Of a DNA stretch of 64,000 bases, positions 39,701 to 49,469 are shown one piece after another (positions within the stretch are counted from its first letter, which is position 1; every line of letters starts with the position of its first letter). The position numbers were made by a program, and so were the translations under genes. Location: assembly GCA_964187785.1 (NCBI GenBank), contig OZ076411.1, positions 21,948,001 to 22,012,000 of the forward strand, read 5' to 3'. The DNA comes from Amphiscolops sp. MND2022 (lineage: Eukaryota). A model generated the notes under the pieces. It was not told where the DNA came from. It ran no database searches and saw nothing but the letters and a program-made list of their open reading frames with translations.

Positions 39701-42700
39701 TAGAACTATTGAAAGTGTTCTAAGTTTCTACTGCTGAATATGTTTGTCCTTCGAGGATTCTGCGCACTGGGCATTTCTTTCCTCGTAATAATTTGAACTG
39801 ACTTTGTTTCCCCACAAACTTTTGAACTCCACAATCGTGTCTTCTCAACTTTCACACGAGTTGAATTCATTATTCTTCGCCAAATTCGAAAAACAAACTC
39901 AACTTCGACTTGTCGAAAGAACTTGTCTTCTCTGAAGAAATTGATTGCTTCGGAGGATTGTGTCTCTCTGACTTGTTCCTGAGTCGTATGGTTTTTCTAA
40001 TCATAAATTCTATTTGGCTCTGCCAACGATCTCTTTCCACTTAATGCTTCCTCCGAGCTCTCACGCTTTTCGAGCTTAAACTACGTTTCGAATGAGAAAG
40101 CAGAATATTCAAATCAATTGCGATTTTTCCTCAAATTTTGCCAGGTTCCAAATTTATACTCCGAATGGAGGTTTCACCCAAACAATTCAACTGATAACAT
40201 ATAGCTTCAGGCGGAATGTGTTGAAGAGACTTTCGCAGTTTTTCAGTTTGATCATTTTGACCCCGAAAAAGACTAGGGTAAACTGTCAAATTTCCAATTT
40301 GACCGTTTTTCGTCGGACTTTGTGAATAAGAACAACATTAAAAATTGGCCTCAAAGTGACACCAGAGTGAGTTTTTCAAAATTGGGCGTTTTCCACCAGC
40401 TCAGGTCTCCCAAATTCTCTGGATATATTCTTTCAGTCGATTGGACACAAGGTTCTATTATATCCCATGCCTTCGATTGCTCTCGGCTTACCTGAGACCA
40501 AATATTCCAAATATTTCATTTTGACGTTGTCATCAACGGCAGTTCCGCGTACAGTTGACATAAAGTGGCCAGACCACTCTGACCATTTTTGTGTGTCTCC
40601 AGAAAGTTTGTTGAGAATCAAATCAAGTAGCTTCAAACACATCGCAGGTAACGATGTTAATAGATTGACCTGAAAAGTTGCTGAATGGATTGGATTTGTT
40701 GACGGAATGACTGTCTTGTCAAGGTCATAAACTAGAATTGTTTTCTCAACACCAGAGCTACTTTTAAAACTAATGATCAATGTAGCAGGCTCCACGGTTA
40801 GTCTTCTCGCCGATGCATAATCGTTTGAGACGTTTTGTTTGGGCAATTGGAATCATTCATCTGGGTGTCAAAACTGTCCAAGACTTTACTTTTCGATTTT
40901 AACCAGTTGTTAGTTTTGTTTTTAGCTCCCAGTGAAGAACTGATACTCGAGAGGCTAACTCTGGAAGACCCCTGAGAAATCTAGCTTTTTCATTTTTTTC
41001 TCCAATTTCGTTTGTCGTCGAGTAGCTGCCAACTATAACGGTTCATGTTTATCGAGTAGTTGTTTCTCGCTGTAGTTTTTGCAGTGCTATCTCGTCTTTG
41101 ACAGCATTTTGTTCTTCTATAAGATTTGTCTCCAATTCCATCCGATGACGGTGGATTGAGTCATTGATGACGTATTTATTTTTTTGGCGTCACCTAAATT
41201 AAGCTTGTATGGAGATGAGTTGATTACAGGAGGTTTTGGAGTTCCCGGAGAGACCAATTGAGGTGTTTCTCGATGTCGATTCGTTGAGGTTGTGGGCCAC
41301 TCTTGTCCTCTTTGGCTTCACGCATCTTCATTGCATGCTGTTTCGGCATCAGAAGGGCTTCTCAAAGATCCACCGAAACTTGGCCAAAAGGATTTTCAAT
41401 TTGTACTGACTAACTGTTAGATGTTTTTCTGTTACCTTCGACGCCGTCCATGTAGGAATGCCATGATTGAAGGACGTTTGGTGCTTTCATTGAAAATTCT
41501 GGAAGTCCTTGCGTTTCCTTACTTCCATCACGGATTCCTTTAAAATCAGTTTCTCAATGGAGCACGACATTGTTTCATTCCTTACTCTCAACCGAGACTC
41601 AATGACTGCATTTTATTTCTAAGGTCTTTCGTTTGATTGAATACAATTTTGAAGTTCAATAATTTCCAATCGAGATGAAGTTTTTCGTTCGTCACCAGTG
41701 ATTTTCAGCTACAGTAGAAGATTGCTGGGATTTTTGTATTGTCCTCCTCTGACGAAAACTGTATCAACACACTTGTTGAGTTAGCTTCATTCGCTCCGAA
41801 ATTGAGATACTCATTGTTGTATCAGTTGTGAACTTGATTTTAGGAGGAAAACTAGCTTCGTTTTCAAAAAAATCAAGCAGTAAGTGCATAGATCAGTGAT
41901 TCGGTCGGCTTACAAGAGATAACTTTCATAAAATTTAGCCAAATTAACTTAAAGAAAAACCAACATAGTCCATTCCCAAAAGCAATTGATTTTTCAAAGC
42001 AAGACTGTAAATAGCTTCTAATTTCGAGAGTAAGTTTGCCATTTGAATAGATCTATCGATTTTAATAAATATCTTTTTCTCTTGCAGCATTTGTGTACTA
42101 ACTATCATCTCTCACTTCCAATTATAACAGCTATGTTGCAAGAGAACTAACAATAAAATCCGGACAGCATAAGTGTCCGGGTCGGCGGATCAAATGCGAC
42201 CGCAGCTCGAACTACCGACAAATCGGTTCGAGAAACATTCTGTTGTAATCTAAGCTTTACGCGGGCCCTGGTAACGTCTAACTCCTCACATCGCTTTGTG
42301 CAAACAGTTCAGTTATTTTTCGAAGAGAGCAAAGTATTCTATAGATACAAAAAATTTTGAATGCAGCAAATCCGTTGATTTTCCAGCTGTTTCTTTTTCG
42401 GGAGAACTATCACAAATTGTTACTCCATTAAATTGTTGAACCTGTTCCGTTCAACAAGTATTCACAAACTTTCCCGATGAAACAAACGACTCAACATGAA
42501 AAGTTCAATTTATTTCTGATGTGGAGTTTATTTAATATTGAACTTTCAGAAGTAAACTTTTGTAATCAGAGGTCAAGCATGACACATGATTATCTCGAAG
42601 TCCACCGACTAGAAGAATTAGTTGCAGTAATGGGGGTGAAGCATTCCTGCATCAGAAACGTCGATATAAGTCAATATGTCAATCACTTGAAATGGCGGGC

Positions 42701-43978
42701 ATCATTCATTCAAGACAATGTTATCACATATCATAAGATAAGGTAGTGAATCGCGTCAAAATTGAGTCCCAAGTAGCAGTGGGCTATCAGCTATGAATTT
42801 GAAAATGCGCCTGACATGAGAGTTATGCAAGTTCAAAGAAATATATTAATTCCATCAAATCTCTGAAAAGAAAATTATCTTTTCTTATAATATCAGGATA
42901 ATATATATCGAAATACCAATAAATCAGGCACTGTATCAAATTTCCGCCACGATACATTTGGGCCAGGTGTTTACTAATCATTGCGTTTATAATGTGTCTT
43001 TCATACTTCGTGTGGAATAAACAATCTCACTTGACTTCTTGAAAAATTAAATAATTCACAAACTTGTGAATTTGATGTTGAAATAAATATTTCTCACGGA
43101 AAGATTGTATATCGAATAGCGTTGTCTACAATTTGTAGTGGTGGTTACGGGCAATGCATACTGCAGTATCATGTTTGCAAGGACTGTTGTATTTTTCAGA
43201 AAAAGTTCGAAGTTAACTGGTTAAAGTTTTTCTCTGGCGCCGACAGATTTTCAATTGCAAACGTCTCATACCAGTCGAGATCCTTTTCCAAAGTTTTCGA
43301 CCTGGGTAACATCCGTGTTGGGCTCTTGAAAGGGTTTCTACTGTCGAATACATTTGTCATTCGAGGGTTCTGATTACCGGACATTTCTTTCCTCGTAATA
43401 GTTTGACCTGACTTTGTTTCCCTATGGGCTTCCTAACTACAGTCGTCTCTTCTCAACTGTGGCACGTGTCCGTCACTGCTGTAGAATACAAAAAATCAAT
43501 TCACTATTCTTCGCCAACTTACGAAGAATGAGCTAAATTCGACTTCTCGAATGAAGTTGTCTTCTCCTACGACTTTTTTTCAGAGTATCGTGTCTCTCTG
43601 GCTTGTTCCCGTGTCGTATAGTTTCTCTGATCAAAAATTCTGTTTGGCTGTTGCAACGATCTCTTTTCACTCGCGATTTCGAATGAGAAAGCAGAATATT
43701 GAAATCAGCTGCAGTTTTTTTTTTAAATTTTGCCAGGTTCCAAACTTATACTCCGAATGAAGGTTTCAACCATATAATTCAACTGATCACATATAGCTTC
43801 AAATGGTGTGTGTTTGTAGAGACTTTCGGTTTGTTTTTTGAGTTTCATCAAACTGACCCCAAGAAAGACTAGACTAAATTGTCAAGTTTCCAAGTTCGTA
43901 CGTTTTTCTGCGAATTGGTCAGTTTTTCGATAGACTTCGTGAATAAAAACAACGTTAGAAATTGGCCTCAAATTGACC
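21742..43978 (-). repeat. Tandem macro-array of 7 units, each = 5' half of Pao gag + leader/LTR + ~0.7-0.8 kb of upstream flank
   Basis: The junction aaattgacacc|agagtga recurs. Units: 21742-24443, 24444-27207, 27208-30601, 30602-33362, 33363-37094, 37095-40363, 40364-43978 (about 2.70, 2.76, 3.39, 2.76, 3.73, 3.27, 3.62 kb). DUF1759 marker gattggatac at 21816, 24519, 27283, 30676, 33437, 37171, 40439. LTR-start dinucleotides end at 23659, 26421, 29802, 32566, 36296, 39617, 43245. After 43978 the flank continues as unique sequence; left of 21742 gag continues into pol. Confidence 0.9.
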
Positions 43979-46192
43979 TTTGAGTTGTCGAAATTTCCAC
44001 AATTATCTTTATTTGTTGCTGTAAATGCAATTTGTGTACAGTTTCCGAGAGTCTTTCTGGATTTGGAGGTTCCAAACGTTGGAAGTGGAATACACTCACT
44101 TGCGATACAGTACACTTTTTTGAAGAGAAAGGCGCAATGTTTTGCTTCAAAAACACTTCAGAACGAGTCGAAAATCATGTTTTGATGTTTTCATGCGTTA
44201 GAATATTGAATGGTTTTTGTGCGTTAGAATGTTGAAAAAGTTTTACGACGATCAAACGTGTAATTTCTAATTGATGTCTCAGATTCAGGCTAAAAGGTGC
44301 CTGAAACTGATCCCAATAAATCAAAAATATCAAATATCAACATTTTTTAAAACTATTTGTGCAAATGTAGAAACGTTTCGTAAGTTTTAGTAATCATAAA
44401 CATCCAGGTGGAATAACAGCCACGCAGTATGCCTTTTATTGGAAGAAAAACTCTGTTACAGTTTCTAGGTAGAACAACATCTCACACTGACCCAAAGTAG
44501 TCGATCAATCGAAGAGTTTTCAACGTTTTTTTTCCCGAATTTTGTAAATGGGTTAGGTTTAGGTATGGCGTTATCAAGTAGATTTTCTGCACTTTTTTGC
44601 ATTTTTCCTTGCAAATTTCAGATGTTGATGGTTTTTACAAAGGCTCCATTGATAAGAATATCGAAACAAGGACTAGCTATGCTGTTCAAAGTTCATTGTT
44701 TTTTGAGGTTCTCAGTCACGTTTGATATCGAAACGTTTCGGAAGATATACCTGCGTTTTTTTTGTTTAAAAAGGCCCCACTAACGAACCAATCTTAAAAC
44801 ATGCCCATAAGTTTGAAACTTTGTTCAATTTTTGTTTGTTTGTAGATTAAAACCTATTCAAAACGCAAGTATATAGAGAAACTGGGATAAAGTTTCTCAA
44901 CTTTGAAAACAAAGGAGTCAAAGTTGCGAGTTATCCGAGAGTTTACTGAAATTGAAAAATGCATAATCTCAGTATCCAAACTACGCATTTGAAAAAGGAA
45001 TCGGACAAAACATTTGCAAAAACTCTGAAGTTTTATTAAAAAGATAAAGTTGTTTTTCTTTCGACATCTTTGATCGAATATTGTGAATGAAAGTTCTTCA
45101 GAATGACCAGAAATAATTGGGTATCTAAAAGGGTAAACATACCACATTTGTTGTTCAATTCAACATTGAAGTCATAACATCAATCAGAAAACTGCAAAAA
45201 GTAGTGTAAAATTGTGTTTTCAGGTTTTTGATGTTTTATGTTTTCGAGGCACTTTTGCAACAAAAACTTTGGATCGCTTTCCGTGGAAGCGTAATGATAG
45301 CTAGTTGGTTCATCGCCGCTGAATTTTGTGGGTTATAGGTTTTCGAAACGTTCGAAAACTCAACAAAAATTCTGAGTTCGATGTCCTCAAAATCTGATGT
45401 TTTTGGCTATTTTGGGTAGATTCAATTGCTTGGCTTAGAAATGTACAGAATAGCTGTTCAATCTCTTTTAGTTTCTTTCAATCCTTGATGACTGCTGTGA
45501 AAATGTGTGAAGAGTTTGATTTCAACATAACAATCGCTAACACCAGAAGAAAAACAGACTTTTCCGTTCATTGTCTCATTAATTTCACTTTTATGTGAAA
45601 CTTTTCTGCCATTCAACCTGAAATCGACGCTCCGATTGAAGCTTAACAAGTGAATTAAGTTTTTAAATACACTGAGGGGTGAAATTCGCAAATGTTCTCG
45701 AAAATCCTACAATTCAGAATTCACCTGAAGGGGTTCTCTAGGCTAGAAAAACGCTTTTAATTAACGTGAAAAAACACCAAAAACTCAAGGACAGTGCTTT
45801 GGTTGTTTTAAAATTCTGGATAACCCCACAAAGTTGAACGTATCCGAGAAGGTCCTTTCAGGCTCAAAAATTGAGTTCCCTAACTTAAAAACCAAAATGA
45901 TGGAAAGATATTTTTCATGTTTTAATAGTTGGAAAAAATGCTTATGGCCAAAAAGTGCAATGATAACGTTTTCGTCTCGAAGAACTCATTTCCATCACTG
46001 AAAACTACAGGACCCAAGCGAGGAAACGTTTAGCGAAAAAAATTTGGGAAAGTATCTTACCTAAGAAACCCTAAAACAGGAATCCTTTGGCCTCGTAATG
46101 AATTTTTTCCTAGGATGTTATTTTGAAAACTTTGGGTTTATTTGAATTGCTTGTGATTCCCTAAAGTTCTATTTTTTCTTTCAGATGACTAA

Positions 46193-48955
46193 ATGATAGA
46201 AATGGTGAACCGTGTCAGTCAGCTCTTGAGGCAAATAGAGCTATCTTTGACTGAAAATGGAGCTATCAGAAGTATTACTGACGTGCACACAATTGTGGCA
46301 TCCATGGAGCAAATTTCAACCATGGAGAGCAGATGTACATTTATCAACATTTTACTGAACACGAGTTCGAAACCCATTCTCGTCGAATTCGTTTCTATTG
46401 GTGGTTGGAAAATTATCAACAAATGGCTCAATGATGTCATGGGTTATAGCGAAGCCGATTCCATGTTTGTGGAAGAAATTCTTTATGTACTCCTGAAGCT
46501 ACCTGTTACTATGGACCTTCTGAAGCAGGAAAAATCAATTCCCCTTTTTATCAAAAACTTGTCTAAGAATTCCAAATTTAATGATGAAGTACAAAGACTT
46601 TCGTCTGAGATTGTGAAGGCCTGGACTCTCGTGATAACCACTGAAGCCAAATTGATCAAAAAGACGACACAAGATCATGCATCTAGCGATCAGAAAAGTA
46701 AAGATGATGTGAAAAGAAAGAAGAGCAATTCGGAAAGTAAAGGAGAAAATATCGACCCAGCCAAAGTTAAAAAGCAACATGCACCCCCTAGCAGTGGGCC
46801 CAGAAAAACTGGTCTTGAAGAGCAGGAATTGAATAAAGTTATTCCGAAGAAAAGACCCTCGGCTGATGCAGAAAAAGTGACAGATATTAAGAAACCAAAA
46901 ATGGAAAATACTGTCAGTATGGAAAAACAAGTTACAAACGAAAGCTTAGCAGCTAAAGTTGTAAATACAACAGATCAGCATGCTTTGAAAACGGCAAATC
47001 ATGATATGCAGAAACAGGTCGAAAAAATAATTGGAGGTGACTCGAAAACGAAACCTTCAGAAAAAAATGTTAATTCTAAAGTTGACAAAGAACCAAAAGC
47101 TCCCAACATAGAAAATCCAAAGCAAAAGTCTGTGGCTTTAAGTCAGAGCACTTCTTTCGCAGACGCTTTATTCAAACCTGCGCAGGTTGCGACTAAACCT
47201 AAAGTGAAATCGAAGGTCAAAAAGACTACTGTAGAAAGTAAACCTAAAACCACTTCGAGTGTCAGTACTCAAAAGCTACCTGATTCGTCTGTAGTTGGAT
47301 CCAGCAAGAAACCAGTGAATGAAAATTCGTCTTCAGATAAAACAGAAAAGGTAGAAAATGATAAAATCTTCGTCAATCAACCTGAGAGTAAAACCGATGA
47401 CAAAAGTGAATTAATGGAAGAAATTAAGGAAACTGTGACTGAAGATATCAGTGAGAGTGAAAATAAAGAGACTGAGTCCTGTTGGGATCCACAAATTGCT
47501 TCAGTGCCTAAGCCTATTTTGGTTTATCATAGATCCAAGAAAAAAACTAACAGGGTGAAGTTTAAAGACGACGATAACCTTGTCATGGTAGAGTATTTTG
47601 AGATTGAAGAAGGCGAGAGAACCAACTTTCGCAAACAAGAAGCCATGTATAACCAAGATTACGCAAAAATTGAAATGATGAGAGAAAAAATGACAATGCA
47701 GCAAATGCGTGAAGGCCACCTAGATAGGAATTCCTTCACTAGCTACAGTGATTGGCACCTTCATGTTCTTGAGTTTCCCGACAGCTTTGATCAGTCTTTA
47801 CTAGTTAGGGGAGCCGCAAGTGTAGAACGCGAAGTTCAAAATAGACGCGAGATTGGTGTTCTAGCAGAGTTACATTTTGATCGATCTAGAATTCCATCTT
47901 CGCCCAAGGAACCGGACCCTGAAACTTTTGAACAATCAGAACCCGTCATCATTCCTTTAGGTGACCTCTCAAAAGTCACTACGCTACCTCTACCTCCAAA
48001 GCAAATAACTAAAGAAGAAAAAAGCCTCGATGTTAAATCTCCTGGAGCTTTTCCAGACGTTTCTAAGCAGGAGCCGCTGAGCGTGCCTGATGTTGTTAAG
48101 AATCCACAGCAAGCTATTCCTGTGTCTACAGTACTCCCACCCCCGGTTACTGAATCTTCAATTAAGGTTTTTCAAGAGCCTCCGGTCACTACAGCTGCCG
48201 CTGACCAAGATTTTAGAACCCTAACAAATCAAGCCAAGCCCATTTTGAGTACTACTAAAATAACATTTTCACCTCCAAATAATCCAACAGTCACTTCACC
48301 GCCGCCTGTTTGTCAATCTCTCCGAGAGAATCCTATCACAACAAAGCCTGAGGTTTCAAAATCCATTTTACCGGACCCTGTCTTCAATCCAAATCACACG
48401 AGACTACCATATCCACAACAAACTCCAGCGAACCCTGCTTTTGACGACAGAAACAAAATGAATAATTTTCCGATGCGACCTGGACCTGGTCCTGTTTTGA
48501 ATAACCGAGATCCCTTTTTTCAAAACCAGCAACGATTTGCTCCGTACAATAGGCCTCCTATCAGACCGCACTTCAACAACAACAGAGGGCCTCCGCCAGT
48601 AGGAATAATGAGACCTCCCAATCAGACAAACCAGTTTCAAGGTCCGCCTAATCGGACTCCAGTTCCTTTAAACCGAAATCAGGCTCCTCTCAACCGGAAT
48701 CAAGCTCCTCTGAACAGAAATCAAGTACCACGCAATCAAGTGGCACTGCATCGGGATCAAGCCCCTCGAAATCTTGCTCCGGCTATTGGTAGAGCTCCTC
48801 TGGATGCGTCGCAAGTTTGCATCCATTACGCTCAGGGTCATTGCAAATTTGGGGATCGCTGCACTTATTTTCACGTCCCAAGAGGACCACCACCTGACCC
48901 AAAAATGGAGGAAAGTTCTAAAGATCTTGATTTACGAGACTATTTGAGAAGTTGA
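46193..48955 (+). CDS. PPP1R10: Serine/threonine-protein phosphatase 1 regulatory subunit 10 (PNUTS), 920 aa, CDS in one exon
   Basis: N-terminal TFIIS-N-like domain (SRCTFINILLNT..ILVEFVSIGGWKIINKWL..LLKLPVTMDLLKQ); PP1-docking RVKF at 47552-47563 followed by VEYFEIEEGER; conserved block EREVQNRREIGVLAELHF..SPKEPDPE; C-terminal C-x7-C-x5-C-x3-H zinc finger at 48818-48874. Splice acceptor ttttttctttcag ends at 46184. Confidence 0.92.
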   Translation: MIEMVNRVSQLLRQIELSLTENGAIRSITDVHTIVASMEQISTMESRCTFINILLNTSSKPILVEFVSIGGWKIINKWLNDVMGYSEADSMFVEEILYVLLKLPVTMDLLKQEKSIPLFIKNLSKNSKFNDEVQRLSSEIVKAWTLVITTEAKLIKKTTQDHASSDQKSKDDVKRKKSNSESKGENIDPAKVKKQHAPPSSGPRKTGLEEQELNKVIPKKRPSADAEKVTDIKKPKMENTVSMEKQVTNESLAAKVVNTTDQHALKTANHDMQKQVEKIIGGDSKTKPSEKNVNSKVDKEPKAPNIENPKQKSVALSQSTSFADALFKPAQVATKPKVKSKVKKTTVESKPKTTSSVSTQKLPDSSVVGSSKKPVNENSSSDKTEKVENDKIFVNQPESKTDDKSELMEEIKETVTEDISESENKETESCWDPQIASVPKPILVYHRSKKKTNRVKFKDDDNLVMVEYFEIEEGERTNFRKQEAMYNQDYAKIEMMREKMTMQQMREGHLDRNSFTSYSDWHLHVLEFPDSFDQSLLVRGAASVEREVQNRREIGVLAELHFDRSRIPSSPKEPDPETFEQSEPVIIPLGDLSKVTTLPLPPKQITKEEKSLDVKSPGAFPDVSKQEPLSVPDVVKNPQQAIPVSTVLPPPVTESSIKVFQEPPVTTAAADQDFRTLTNQAKPILSTTKITFSPPNNPTVTSPPPVCQSLRENPITTKPEVSKSILPDPVFNPNHTRLPYPQQTPANPAFDDRNKMNNFPMRPGPGPVLNNRDPFFQNQQRFAPYNRPPIRPHFNNNRGPPPVGIMRPPNQTNQFQGPPNRTPVPLNRNQAPLNRNQAPLNRNQVPRNQVALHRDQAPRNLAPAIGRAPLDASQVCIHYAQGHCKFGDRCTYFHVPRGPPPDPKMEESSKDLDLRDYLRS
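48665..48781 (+). repeat. Coding heptad repeat (PLNRNQA)x3 plus degenerate copies inside PNUTS
   Basis: cct tta aac cga aat cag gct / cct ctc aac cgg aat caa gct / cct ctg aac aga aat caa gta, then PRNQVALHRDQAPRNLAP. Confidence 0.9.
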
Positions 48956-49286
48956 TGATTTGTCATTTCTCTTACCAACATTTTGGTTGTGTGTTTTTTC
49001 TACCTGATGGAAAAACTTTGCTGATGGAGCTTATAATATCAGTTACTTTAATGGTTTGTCTATGAAACTTGTCTTCAGTTTCGAGCTGGCTTTTCTTTTT
49101 GATTTATATGTCGCAACTGTATTTCGATAATTTATTTTTGTTTACCGAAACAAATCATTGAATTAAAATTTTCTTGACCTTAACAATGTTATAACCCGAT
49201 GCCTAACCTAATTTCATTAAACTCATTCGTTTTCAGATAACTGCTTGACTGTTTTTGGAAGTCGTTTTTGGAAATCAATTGATGCA

Positions 49287-49469
49287 ATGCAAAAAGTAGC
49301 GGACAATATCGATCCTGAAAATCGCGAAGTTAAAACATCTTGGGGTCATTGGAGTCAAACAGAAGATGAAGTTAACCTTGTAGTTCAGCTCCCTACCGGT
49401 TGCAAAGCCCGCAATATTTTGGTCGACAACAAGCCAACTTTCCTGTCTGTATCCTTATTAGGAAATGAA
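49287..49469 (+). CDS. NUDCD2: NudC domain-containing protein 2, coding exon 1 (CS/p23 domain N-half)
   Basis: MQKVADNIDPENREVKTSWGHWSQTEDEVNLVVQLPTGCKARNI..LSVSLLGNE resembles NUDCD2 TPWGQWYQTLEEV.IEV.VP.GT.A. Acceptor ttcgttttcag ends at 49236; donor GTGAGC at 49470 (phase 0). Confidence 0.88.

Noticed and set aside
42195-42225. Degenerate tRNA-Tyr-type primer-binding site (cggtagttcgagc on the - strand)
   Set aside because: Too many mismatches and no adjacent ACA LTR end, so the LTR/PBS boundary cannot be fixed.
22938-43760. The many recurring 60-200 aa ORFs in the array as a tandem gene family
   Set aside because: Minus-strand ones are broken gag pieces and plus-strand ones are antisense shadows. 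Stops and frameshifts differ between units and no unit keeps a full frame.
21742-43978. CRISPR-like or other bacterial repeat system
   Set aside because: Units are kilobases long, have no unique spacers and consist of Pao retrotransposon and flank sequence; the context is eukaryotic.
46141-46192. PNUTS and myosin light chain acceptors as independent proof of trans-splicing
   Set aside because: Both have plausible cis donors upstream (GTAAGT near 44380; 61271 and 61455), so only the NUDCD2 case is informative.
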